A stretch of 61,177 bases of DNA, the filler included. It is 4 parts of 4 records of this genome, joined end to end, with 100 filler letters (N's around TTAATTAATTAA, not from the genome) between each part and the next. Parts side by side here need not be neighbours in the genome. Positions count along the whole stretch, not along the records: positions 1 to 16,106 come from SRR31156797_3494; positions 16,207 to 32,808 come from SRR31156797_3506; 2 more parts are not named here. One strand, 5' to 3'. Both the position numbers and the translations under genes were made by a program. Below the pieces are notes generated by a model, which ran no database searches, was not told the DNA's origin, and was given only the letters and a program-made list of their open reading frames with translations. Of the stretch, positions 9,833 through 19,508 are shown piece after piece. The number at the start of each line of letters is the position of its first letter. Within the stretch, counting starts at the first letter, position 1.

Positions 9833-12070
9833 ATGAAACCCACCTCCCATGGGGAAAATATATCCCGTATCCCCCCAGAATTCCAAAAATTCCTTCCCGG
9901 CTTCGTTGGCTCCGCCAGGGAGCATATTGATGCCATCGACCAGGAATTGCTCAAACTTGAAAAAAAGGGGCCCGCCTCCGAAGGCGCCATCAAAAGCATC
10001 TCGCGCAATGCCCACAGCCTTAAAGGTGCCGCCATGACCATGGGCGTGGATGAGATGGCGGATCTTTGCCACAGCATGGAAGACCTTATTCGGGAAATCC
10101 AAGAGGGACGAACCGCGGCGAAACCTGAGGTTTTTGACGTTCTCTTCCAGGCCAATGATGCCAACAATGCCATCCTGGAAAGTCTCGCCGCTTCATCGAC
10201 CGTTTCAGTTGATATCACCACGATTCTAAGTCGTATCCAAGGGATGATGTCCTCCGAAGAATGCATTTCCGCTGCACCCGCTTCACGGGCCGACCCCGAA
10301 AAACCCGAAAGAGCTCCATCCTCCAATCGGATTTCCTATGACTCGGTACGGGTTCCAACAAAAAAAGTGGATCGATTTCTCAACATCGCCGTTGAACTGG
10401 TGATCACCCGCAACCGGATGCAGAGTTTTCAGGAAAAGCTGGACGCACTGGAAGAAGTTCAGAAAAAAGAACAATCAGCGCTGACCCTGTTGGCACGGCA
10501 CCTCGAAAACCATTCCGCCAATCTTGCTTTTTCCGCATCGTCCATGGAACAGTTGCACCATCAGAATCAACAGGGGCAGGAACTCATGGAACAGTTTTCA
10601 GACGGCTTCCAAGAATCCGTTGATGTCCTCAGTCGACTTGTGGATGAAACCCAGCAACTGGTGATGGACATTCGAATGCTTCCCGTTTCCCTGCTTTTCA
10701 ATCCCTTTTCCCGATCCGTTCGAGATCTGGCACGTGAAAGAAACAAGGCGGTTGACCTGGTTATCGAAGGAGAGGAAACACGAATCGATAAACGGGCCAT
10801 TGAGGAATTAAGCGACCCCCTGATGCACCTTTTGAGAAATGCCATCGACCACGGTATGGAATCCATTGAGGAACGAAAAGCCGCCCACAAGAATGAAACC
10901 GGTAAAATCATACTGCGGGCATTTCAGGATATTGATAAGGTCATCATTGAAGTGATCGACGATGGACCGGGCATCGACAAAAACCGCATTACGGAAAAAG
11001 CGCTGGAAAAAAAGTTTCTCACCGAAGAAGATTCAAAACACATGCTGGACGCCGAGGTATTCGATCTGTTGTTTCTGCCCGGTTTCAGCACAGCGGAAAT
11101 GGTCACCGAATTGTCGGGCCGGGGTATCGGCATGGATGTGGTCAAAACCAATGTGGAAAAGCTCAACGGATCAGTGGAAATTTCCAGTCACAGGGGACAG
11201 GGAACCGTCGTGCGGATCGCCCTCCCTTTGACGCTGGCCACCACAAGGGCTTTTCTGGTCCGATGTTCAACCCATATACTGGCTGTGCCTGTTTTCTCCG
11301 CCCTTCAGGTATTGCGGCTGTTACCCGAAGAGATTCAAACCGTCAAGGGCCGTGAAGCCATTTACTGGCAGGGTGAAATTATCCCCGGCGCCAGGCTGGA
11401 TGCCACCCTGGCTTTCACTGAAATACCGCCAAAAGACCAAAACGGAAAAATATCACTTCTTCTCTTGAAGCATGGTGGCAAAAAAATTGCTTTTCAGGTG
11501 GACGAAGTCATCGGGGTGGAAGAAATCGTCATGCGAAATCTTGGGAGCCATCTGGGAAGGCTTCCCATATTTTCGGGAAGCAGTATCCTGGGCACGGGAG
11601 AAATCGCCTTGATCGTTGATGTTTCAAGGCTGTTTACGGCGGCGCAGATTAAAGCCGGTAACATTTTCCTTGAACGTAACCCACAGGAAACCGTTTCCGA
11701 CACCCGTCGGAAGATACTCCTGGTTGAAGATCAAATGACCACCCGTCTGTTGGAAAAAAGTATCCTGGAAGCGGCAGGTTTTCTTGTGGAAACCGCTGAA
11801 GACGGAACCATGGCCCTCGAAAAACTGGAACATACCCCCTTTGACCTGGTGATTACCGATGTTCAAATGCCGAAAATGGACGGTTTCACCCTGACCGCAA
11901 CATTGAAAAATGATGAGCGTTTCTCCCACATCCCCATCATCATCGTCACCTCCCTTGAAAGGGAAGAAGAACGGAAACAGGGCCTTCAGGCCGGAGCGGA
12001 TGCATTTCTGCTGAAAAAGAGTTTTAACCAAGAATCGCTGATTCAGACCATTCGAACACTGATTGGCTAA
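9833..12070 (+). CDS. cheA: CheA-like hybrid kinase (Hpt-HATPase-CheW-REC), WspE/ACF type
   Basis: Hpt RNAHSLKG; HLLRNAIDHG, DDGPGID, LPGFSTA, SGRGIGMDVV; CheW domain; C-terminal REC DLVITDVQMP. Confidence 0.93.
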   Translation: MKPTSHGENISRIPPEFQKFLPGFVGSAREHIDAIDQELLKLEKKGPASEGAIKSISRNAHSLKGAAMTMGVDEMADLCHSMEDLIREIQEGRTAAKPEVFDVLFQANDANNAILESLAASSTVSVDITTILSRIQGMMSSEECISAAPASRADPEKPERAPSSNRISYDSVRVPTKKVDRFLNIAVELVITRNRMQSFQEKLDALEEVQKKEQSALTLLARHLENHSANLAFSASSMEQLHHQNQQGQELMEQFSDGFQESVDVLSRLVDETQQLVMDIRMLPVSLLFNPFSRSVRDLARERNKAVDLVIEGEETRIDKRAIEELSDPLMHLLRNAIDHGMESIEERKAAHKNETGKIILRAFQDIDKVIIEVIDDGPGIDKNRITEKALEKKFLTEEDSKHMLDAEVFDLLFLPGFSTAEMVTELSGRGIGMDVVKTNVEKLNGSVEISSHRGQGTVVRIALPLTLATTRAFLVRCSTHILAVPVFSALQVLRLLPEEIQTVKGREAIYWQGEIIPGARLDATLAFTEIPPKDQNGKISLLLLKHGGKKIAFQVDEVIGVEEIVMRNLGSHLGRLPIFSGSSILGTGEIALIVDVSRLFTAAQIKAGNIFLERNPQETVSDTRRKILLVEDQMTTRLLEKSILEAAGFLVETAEDGTMALEKLEHTPFDLVITDVQMPKMDGFTLTATLKNDERFSHIPIIIVTSLEREEERKQGLQAGADAFLLKKSFNQESLIQTIRTLIG

Positions 12071-12099
12071 ATACGTATAATTATTATTGAGCAAACCAC

Positions 12100-13167
12100 A
12101 TGGTCGAAGTCCTCATTATAGATGACCTGAAATCCGCTCGGGAGATGATCCGGGATATCGTGGTTTCCGATCCCCATATCCACATCTGCGGAATGGCCGA
12201 CAACGGAAAAGATGCGGTAGACATGGTTAAAAGACTTCACCCCCACCTGATCATCCTGGACTCCCATTTGAAGCAAACCAGTGGATATGAAGTGGCTGAA
12301 GAAATCATTCGCGTCAGGCCAACCCCCATTATCATGGTCACTACCGCATCGGATGCGCTCGTGGATCGGCCGGACCGAATGTTTGGCTGTGGCGTGTTGG
12401 ATGTCATCAAAAAGGGCGATCTCTACCGATGGAGAACCCGGCCGGATGTGGCGGCGGGATTCATTCGAAAAATCAAATTGATGTCCAAAGTAAACCGGAT
12501 CTCCATCAAAAAACAGTGTGAGAAACCTGAAAACAAGCTGAAAACCGCCGATCCCATCAAAAGGGTTTCCGTTAATGTCAATGCTTCCGGAAAAGATAAG
12601 ACCAGAATTGTTGCCATTGTATCCTCCACCGGCGGCCCCAATGCTCTGTTTAAAGTGCTTCGAGGTCTCCCCTCCGATTTTCCGGCCCCCATCCTGATTG
12701 TACAGCACATGAGCGCAGGATTTATTCATGGACTGGCGGAATGGCTGACGAATGAAGACCACATACGGGTTCGCGTGGCCGAAAATAAAGGCGCACTATT
12801 ACCGGGAGAAGCCTTGTTGGCCCCTGATAACGCGCACCTTACGGTCGGTGAAAATCATCGTATCCAACTGGTTGACGCACCCCCGGTGGAGGGGCACAGG
12901 CCTTCCGGAAACACACTGCTCAAATCCATAGGGGAGCGCTATGGTCGCCGGGCTTTGGGCATCATCCTCACCGGCATGGGTCATGACGGTGCCCAGGGCA
13001 TGGCGGCACTCAAGTCGGCCGGAGGAAAAACCATCGCCCAGGACCGGAACACCAGCGTCATTTTCGGCATGCCCAAGACAGCCATTAATCTCGGCGCGGT
13101 GGACCTTGTACTACCGCTTTCAAAGATTGCTCCGGAAATTTTAAGATTTGCAAAAACAGGTCTGTGA
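12100..13167 (+). CDS. cheB: Chemotaxis protein-glutamate methylesterase (REC-CheB)
   Basis: Catalytic Ser-His-Asp motifs SSTGGP, VQHM, LTGMGHDGA; N-terminal receiver domain. Confidence 0.93.
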   Translation: MVEVLIIDDLKSAREMIRDIVVSDPHIHICGMADNGKDAVDMVKRLHPHLIILDSHLKQTSGYEVAEEIIRVRPTPIIMVTTASDALVDRPDRMFGCGVLDVIKKGDLYRWRTRPDVAAGFIRKIKLMSKVNRISIKKQCEKPENKLKTADPIKRVSVNVNASGKDKTRIVAIVSSTGGPNALFKVLRGLPSDFPAPILIVQHMSAGFIHGLAEWLTNEDHIRVRVAENKGALLPGEALLAPDNAHLTVGENHRIQLVDAPPVEGHRPSGNTLLKSIGERYGRRALGIILTGMGHDGAQGMAALKSAGGKTIAQDRNTSVIFGMPKTAINLGAVDLVLPLSKIAPEILRFAKTGL

Positions 13168-13183
13168 GGATTTGCATCCGCTG

Positions 13184-14677
13184 ATGATCATGCCCTCCCC
13201 CAACAATCAACATCTCAATCATCTCTGTAACCACATTACCGAGAAATCGGGCATCGGCTTTGATGAAAGGAAACGGAAACAGCTTGAAGAAATTGTAGGA
13301 ACCCGTTGCGAAATATTGGGTTTGAATCATATGAGGGATTATTACAAACTGCTTTGTTCACCCCTCCATGAAACCCGGGAATTCAACACATTGATGGATA
13401 TTCTGACCATCCAGGAGAGCTTTTTCTTTCGCCAAAAAGCCCAATTTCATGCCCTGCGGCATTTCTGCCTGCCCTCGCTCATGGACAAAAAAAAGGCGGA
13501 TCACGAAAAAATCAACATCTGGAGCGCGGGTTGTGCCAACGGTGAGGAAGCCTATTCCATTGCCATGCTCATTCGGGATCTTGGGTTGGATCATTTCCAA
13601 ATGAAATTTTTTATCAAAGGGTCGGACATCAGCCGCCAGGCGCTCCGGAAAGCAAGGGAAGGGATCTATGGGGAACGGGCGGTTCGAGGCCTTGCCCCCC
13701 ATTACCTGGACCGCTATTTCACCAAACGGGGAGACCGGTATCTTTTGAGTGCGGACATCAAAACAATGGTAGCGTTTGAATACCTCAACCTGTCCGAAGA
13801 ACCCTTCCCAATGGATACCATGCCCCGGTGGGACATTATATTCTGCCGGAACGTGATCATCTATTTCACCCCGAATCACAGTCGGAAACTGATGAAAAAT
13901 TTTTATGCGTCAATGGCCGATGGCGGCTTTCTCTTCGCCGGGTTTTCCGAAACCATGCGGTATTTGAATGACGATTTCGTTCCCATCCATATGGACGATG
14001 CCTTTATCTACCAGAAACCGTTTCCGGGAAAGACGCAAAAACCTGCAACAACCTTCCGTTCAAAATCCAAAAAAAAACAGTTTTTGCCCAATGAAAAAAG
14101 ATCCGGCAAACATTTTCAGAAAAATTTTCCCAAAAAGCCGATACGTTCAACCATGGGCACCCGGCAAATCACAACCGGAAAAGTTGTCATCCACCCCTCC
14201 CAAACCACTGAAATTGAGAAAACCGTGTCTACCTCACCGAAGGAAACCGCCACAGCCACATCAAAATCTCTTGAGGCACCTTTATCGGTTGCGCGTGAAC
14301 TCGCCGACAAGGGCGAAACCATCGCCGCCGTAACCATTCTGGACAACATTATCCGGCAGGACCCGCTCCATGCCCAGGCTTATTTCATGCTCGCCATGAT
14401 CCATGGCAACGCCGGAAACCCGGATCAGTCAAGCCGTTACCTCAAAAAAGTCATCTATCTTGAACCCGATAATCCCCTGGCTCGCCTTCACCTTGCGGAC
14501 ATATTCAAGGGAGCTTCCCGAAAAACCGATGCCGCCAGGGAATACGCCAATGTCATCTCACTGCTGGAAAACCGAAAAAATCTGGAAGAAGAAGAGTTCG
14601 GCGACGGCTTTACCGGCCAGGCCATTCTAACGGCCGCCCGTGCGCATTTGAAAATGTTGGAAATGAAGACCCCGTAA
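13184..14677 (+). CDS. cheR: CheR methyltransferase with C-terminal TPRs (WspC-like)
   Basis: TIQESFFFR, IWSAGCANGEEAYSIA, DIIFCRNVIIYF; TPR region (DPLHAQAYFMLA, YLEPDNPLARLHLA). Start moved from TTG 13148 to ATG 13184 (13190 also possible). Confidence 0.9.
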   Translation: MIMPSPNNQHLNHLCNHITEKSGIGFDERKRKQLEEIVGTRCEILGLNHMRDYYKLLCSPLHETREFNTLMDILTIQESFFFRQKAQFHALRHFCLPSLMDKKKADHEKINIWSAGCANGEEAYSIAMLIRDLGLDHFQMKFFIKGSDISRQALRKAREGIYGERAVRGLAPHYLDRYFTKRGDRYLLSADIKTMVAFEYLNLSEEPFPMDTMPRWDIIFCRNVIIYFTPNHSRKLMKNFYASMADGGFLFAGFSETMRYLNDDFVPIHMDDAFIYQKPFPGKTQKPATTFRSKSKKKQFLPNEKRSGKHFQKNFPKKPIRSTMGTRQITTGKVVIHPSQTTEIEKTVSTSPKETATATSKSLEAPLSVARELADKGETIAAVTILDNIIRQDPLHAQAYFMLAMIHGNAGNPDQSSRYLKKVIYLEPDNPLARLHLADIFKGASRKTDAAREYANVISLLENRKNLEEEEFGDGFTGQAILTAARAHLKMLEMKTP

Positions 14678-14729
14678 TCTTGAAATATATGGGCCTTGGC
14701 AAAACGTTGTGTATGGGTTGGGATAAGAT

Positions 14730-16106
14730 ATGGGAGATCCTATGAAGAAAATATTGGTGGTTGATAATGATCAATTCATCCTGGAGTTTATGAATGATGT
14801 TCTCTCCGAAAAAGGGCATGAAGTCGTAACGGCGGAAGATGGCCTCTCTGCGCTGGACATCTTGGAAACCCTGATACCGGACGTGATCTTTGTTGATCTG
14901 GTAATGCCCAATATCGGAGGCGAAAAGCTCTGTTTCCTGCTCAGGCAGAACCCGGCGTTAAAAAATGCTTTTCTGGTCATACTCTCCGCACTGAGCGGCG
15001 ATGAAACGGTTAACTACCGAAAGTTGGGAGCGGATCACTTCATCGTCAAAGGCCCTTTCAAAGAGATGGCCGGTGAAATATTGGCGGCTCTGGAACGGCC
15101 CGAATCGGTAGAACCCATTGACCGCAGCAATCACATTCGAAAAGACGTTAACCAGGAATTGCTCTCGGTGATTCAGCATTACAAGATGATTATCGCCAAA
15201 ATGTCTGAAGGGGTTTTTGAAGTCACTGCTGACGGCAGGATCACTTACGCCAACCCCGGTGCACTCTCTCTGACCGGTCTGCCTGAAAAAAGAGTATACG
15301 GAGTGCATATTGCGGAACTGTTTTCGGGTCGGGATGAAAAGCGTATGCGCTCAGCCCTGGACCGGCTCGACAACTTTCCGGTGGTCATGGGAGATGATTC
15401 ACCCCTGGTGCTTAACCAACGCCAGGTCACTATTAACATTTTGCCTCTCAATGACGAAACATCCAGCGCTGCAGTTATTCTGACGGATATTACCGACCGC
15501 AAACTGGTGGAGAAGACGCTCTTTGAGGCGAAAGAAAAAGCCGAAATGGCTTCACGAACCAAATCCAATTTTCTTGCCAATATGAGTCATGAAATCCGCA
15601 CCCCCATGAATGCGGTCATAGGGTTTACAGATATGTTGCTTGATACTGATCTTGCGGAAGATCAAAGGGATTATGCAACGACGGTTAAGAAGAGCGGAGA
15701 GTCTCTTCTTTCTTTGTTAAATGATATCCTTGATTTTTCAAAGATTGAGGCCGGTGAATTGGATTTTGAACAAATTGATTTTGATCCGGAACTCCTCTGT
15801 TATGATGTCTGTGACGTGATCCGTCCCAGAATTGAATCCAAACCCATTGAGATCCTATGCCGTATCGGGCCCGACGTCCCGCCTTTTGTCAACGGTGATC
15901 CGGGAAGGTATCGTCAGGTTCTGATCAACCTGATGGGCAACGCTTCCAAATTCACCGAGTCCGGAGAGATCGAACTTTCCCTGGACATAGAAGCTGAAAA
16001 AGGTGATCGGGTAAAACTTCACGCCACAATTCGGGATACGGCCATGGGTATTCCGGAAGATAAACTTTCTTCCATTTTTGATCCTTTTCGGCAGGCTGAC
16101 GGTTCA
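14730..16106 (+). CDS. Hybrid sensor kinase REC-PAS-HisKA-HATPase, truncated at contig end
   Basis: REC (VDND, FVDLVMP), PAS (DGRITYANP), H-box FLANMSHEIRTPMN, N-box QVLINLMGNASKFT; runs into the N linker. Confidence 0.9.
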
Positions 16107-16206
16107 NNNNNNNNNNNNNNNNNNNNNNNNNNNNNNNNNNNNNNNNNNNNTTAATTAATTAANNNNNNNNNNNNNNNNNNNNNNNNNNNNNNNNNNNNNN
16201 NNNNNN
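16107..16206. other. Artificial contig linker
   Basis: 44 N + TTAATTAATTAA (stop codons in all six frames) + 44 N. Confidence 0.98.
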
Positions 16207-16737
16207 CTGCGCTTACCTCTCCGCACGATCAGGCAGGGAAACATAGCATTACTATGGTTATCCAGCCTGCTTGTACGCACCTGAAGCACTAGTGGACTGT
16301 TACGGATCGAGGGTAGGCAAGATAATTTTTTATTCGTTGAATAGTTACCTTTTTTCTTCCTTAATTGGTGTATTGTTTCTCTTTTTAAGGTAAATGCTGA
16401 GTTTTTCCATCGGAGCTGCTAGATGTCCTGCAAAGCGAACCTGAAGGCATAAAGCTGGCTGAGATACAGAACCGGGCAGTGCTTGATAAGTTTTTTGCAG
16501 ATTAACAATGTCAGGGACAAGCTGTAATCACTACAGACAGTGCCCTGTTTGTAAGCGACTATGTCTGTTCCACCTGCGCCTAACAGCAAGCTGTTAATAC
16601 CCTGATAATAATGCCTTGGTCAATTCTGAGCCGTTGATTTCCTTCTTGTTGTTTCAACGTTAATCCAAATATTTCAGGCGTCCTTATATTTAAGACAGCG
16701 CCTCCTTTGTTTCTTTGTCTATAACCTGAGAGTTGTT

Positions 16738-17928
16738 TTGAATAAATTTCCTCTGCAAATCTTATTATTGTCTTTACTGGCAGCCTTCCCGCCTCTTTCC
16801 ACCGATATGTATCTGGCAGCTATTCCACTGCTCGTACAGCAGTGGCAGCAGCCGTTGGTAATAGTGAACATGACCCTGGTCTTCTTTTTTGTTACCTACT
16901 GTGCCTGTCTCCTTATTTACGGTCCTCTGTCGGATAAGTACGGACGGAGGCCGCCATTACTGTTGGGAATAGTTTTGTATACGCTGGCTTGTCTCCTTTG
17001 TGCTGCGTCTAGAAATGTGGAGATGCTCATCGTTTCCAGGATTCTCCAGGGAGCAGGTGCCGCCGGTGCTTCTGCAATTGTTTTTGCTATCTGCAAGGAT
17101 GTGTTCACTGGGGCGCAACGGCAGCGCGTTTTTGTACAGATAGGTGTCATTGTTGCTGCCGCACCTATCATCGCCCCTGTTCTGGGAGCGTGGATTATGG
17201 AAATACTTTCCTGGAGGTGGGTGTTTCTGCTGCAGGCAGGAATGGCTTCTGTTGCCTTTGTCGGTGTTTTGAGGATGGATGAGTCGTTGCAGCAAAAAAA
17301 GGAGGAGGGGGTATGGCGTTCATTTGCCAGTTATGGCAGATTGTTGTTAAACATTAAATACATGCTGCTGGTTATTACGCTGTCCATATTTGGGATGCCT
17401 GTTTTTGCCTTTATTGCAGGCTCATCAGACATTTACATCACTCGACTCGGGTATGATGAACGTCAGTTTGGTTACTTCTTTGCTTTGAACGCCCTGGCAT
17501 TTGTTTTTGCGCCCTTGACCTTTTCCCGTCTTGCTCGTCTATATGCGCCAAGTCGTTTGATACCGCTTGCCTTTGTGGGGATGATCTGTTCGGCACTCTT
17601 GTTTTTGTGGACAGCTATCCCCATGCCGTGGCGACTAACTGCACCCATGTTTATGGTGACCTTTTGTTTTTCGTTTTGTCGACCAGGCGGTAGTAACCTG
17701 ATCCTTGAACAGGTTGATCGCGATGCAGGTGCGGCATCATCATTGATGGTTTTTGCTTATTTTTTTACAGGTGCCATGGCAATGTGGCTTTTTTCCATGG
17801 AATGGGATGATAAACTGCAGGCGTTGTCTATGATGACCTGTGTTCCTGTTTCCATTTCACTGGTTTTGTGGGGTGTATGGTATTGGTTAGATGGGGGGAG
17901 TACAGGCGGGATAACGGTTGATGAATGA
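16738..17928 (+). CDS. Bcr/CflA-family (DHA1) MFS efflux transporter
   Basis: PPLSTDMYL, YGPLSDKYGRRPPLL (MFS motif A), RILQGAG, about 12 TM. Confidence 0.9.
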   Translation: MNKFPLQILLLSLLAAFPPLSTDMYLAAIPLLVQQWQQPLVIVNMTLVFFFVTYCACLLIYGPLSDKYGRRPPLLLGIVLYTLACLLCAASRNVEMLIVSRILQGAGAAGASAIVFAICKDVFTGAQRQRVFVQIGVIVAAAPIIAPVLGAWIMEILSWRWVFLLQAGMASVAFVGVLRMDESLQQKKEEGVWRSFASYGRLLLNIKYMLLVITLSIFGMPVFAFIAGSSDIYITRLGYDERQFGYFFALNALAFVFAPLTFSRLARLYAPSRLIPLAFVGMICSALLFLWTAIPMPWRLTAPMFMVTFCFSFCRPGGSNLILEQVDRDAGAASSLMVFAYFFTGAMAMWLFSMEWDDKLQALSMMTCVPVSISLVLWGVWYWLDGGSTGGITVDE

Positions 17929-18156
17929 AAGGCTGGTGAAACCGGATTAGCTGGTTCGTGAATTTACGGTTTTGAACAAGAGTGCCCCCTCAAGGCTGCA
18001 TATCATCTTCCAACACTTTGACAGTAACGGCTTGAGCAGATGATTCCTCTAACCTGAGCATTGAGGAGGACGTTGGCTGCGTAAAGGCATCAATGTTTGT
18101 CCGGTTCCGATAAAGCGGGAGGGCGACTTTGACACAATGTTCATGAGCATTCCGGA

Positions 18157-19473
18157 TTAGTTCTCTTCGGCAAAGGTTGCCGACGTGAGGTCCCAGCAGG
18201 TGACGATACCATTTCTCCACTTGGCGAGCTGTACACCGCCATCTTGGGAAACCACAATGGCCATGACATTGTGGAGTGCATTACAGAGGTGGTAGACCGA
18301 GCGATGTCTTGACCCTGCGCCCTCTATTTTTTCGAGGGTGACCACTTTGCCCTCAATATCGTTTGCCATGGCTATTTCAGTGAGCTGGTCCAGAGAACCT
18401 ACGATCATGCCGCCGAAACCAATTGCTCCGCTTCTGGTGATAACCACTGCCCCGTCAACAGCAGCAAGACTTGCCACAAACTGCGCCTGTTCATAGATGG
18501 CTTCATCAAGCTCAGAGGTGGCTTCGTCTCTGAGGGCCACATAATCTTCCCAGGTAACGACCCGTTCAGGGGCGTTTTTGTCACCCAACAGGGTGGTTAC
18601 TTTTTGTATGGTTTTGAGAAAGAGGTGTTTCTGACGTTCCAAGGCCTGATCTTTTACAAAACGATATTTTAAGAGAATATGTTCGTCGTCAGCAATGCCG
18701 ACAGGGTTGTCTTCTGGGAAGATGAGAAAGGTACCGCCATGGTTGGCCATACGGGTGACACTTATGATGCGTTTGAGTAATTGGCCCTGCAGGTTCTCAA
18801 TAAATTCTTGTTCGATCCTAGCTACTGGTGAGTCAGATTGGGATCGGAAAAGGTTATGGGAAGCAATGAGTTCCTCCCTGGCCTCAGAAAAGAGTTTTTT
18901 CATCCATAATGCATGGAATACGTTTGCAAAGGAATCAATTATTTTTCCTGCGCTGAGGACCGCCAGGGTCCTTATACCGCAGCAAACCGTTAACATTCCA
19001 GGTCCGTTGATATGCACCACAAGTGAATCGGGAAGACGGTTGGATTGTTGGGCGCCTCCTCTTTCGCTCTGCAGCCAACGCGTACCTGAATTAATAACAC
19101 CCCAGATATGAAGTTCTCCTTGACCCGTATATTCAACGCCAACCAGAGAGCGTTCAAAATCTACAGCAGGAGACAGGCGACGAAGTTCGTATTCGTTAAA
19201 GGGCCTTGAAGCAGCGAAGATAAGGCGTTGAAAACCTAGAGGCGGGCCTTTTTCAGCGGGAAAGGTTTCCGGAGCACTGATAATAAGCCGCATGTTGACT
19301 GGTCGGTTTTCTTCCCGCATCATGCTGACCTGATAACAGGTTGACAGCATCTCTTCCATTACCTTAACATCTGGCAGCATTTCAGGCGGAGCCTTGGAGA
19401 CGTCGCCTTCCATATGCAAGGTTTTCCATTTGTTAAGAATAAGGGGTACAAGTTCCGATGGATAGACATGCAT
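18157..19473 (-). CDS. Soluble diadenylate cyclase (DisA_N/DAC) domain protein with a long N-terminal putative sensor region (DACNV-like)
   Basis: C-terminal SLAAVDGAVV (DGA, nt 18448-18456), GSRHRS (RHR, nt 18301-18309) and AIVVSQDG are hallmark DAC motifs; no TM helices. The DACNV label is from recall, not a search. Confidence 0.8.
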   Translation of the reverse strand: MHVYPSELVPLILNKWKTLHMEGDVSKAPPEMLPDVKVMEEMLSTCYQVSMMREENRPVNMRLIISAPETFPAEKGPPLGFQRLIFAASRPFNEYELRRLSPAVDFERSLVGVEYTGQGELHIWGVINSGTRWLQSERGGAQQSNRLPDSLVVHINGPGMLTVCCGIRTLAVLSAGKIIDSFANVFHALWMKKLFSEAREELIASHNLFRSQSDSPVARIEQEFIENLQGQLLKRIISVTRMANHGGTFLIFPEDNPVGIADDEHILLKYRFVKDQALERQKHLFLKTIQKVTTLLGDKNAPERVVTWEDYVALRDEATSELDEAIYEQAQFVASLAAVDGAVVITRSGAIGFGGMIVGSLDQLTEIAMANDIEGKVVTLEKIEGAGSRHRSVYHLCNALHNVMAIVVSQDGGVQLAKWRNGIVTCWDLTSATFAEEN

Positions 19474-19508
19474 GGCTGAGTTCCGGGTTAAGGGAGTCTT
19501 GTGTAGGG

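Noticed and set aside
16151-16162. TTAATTAATTAA palindrome, repeated at 32853 and 47199
   Set aside because: Synthetic six-frame stop spacer inside N runs; not biological.
17990-18220. 76-aa minus-strand ORF after the DAC gene as a third system component
   Set aside because: Overlaps the DAC 3' end out of frame, with no RBS or recognisable domain.
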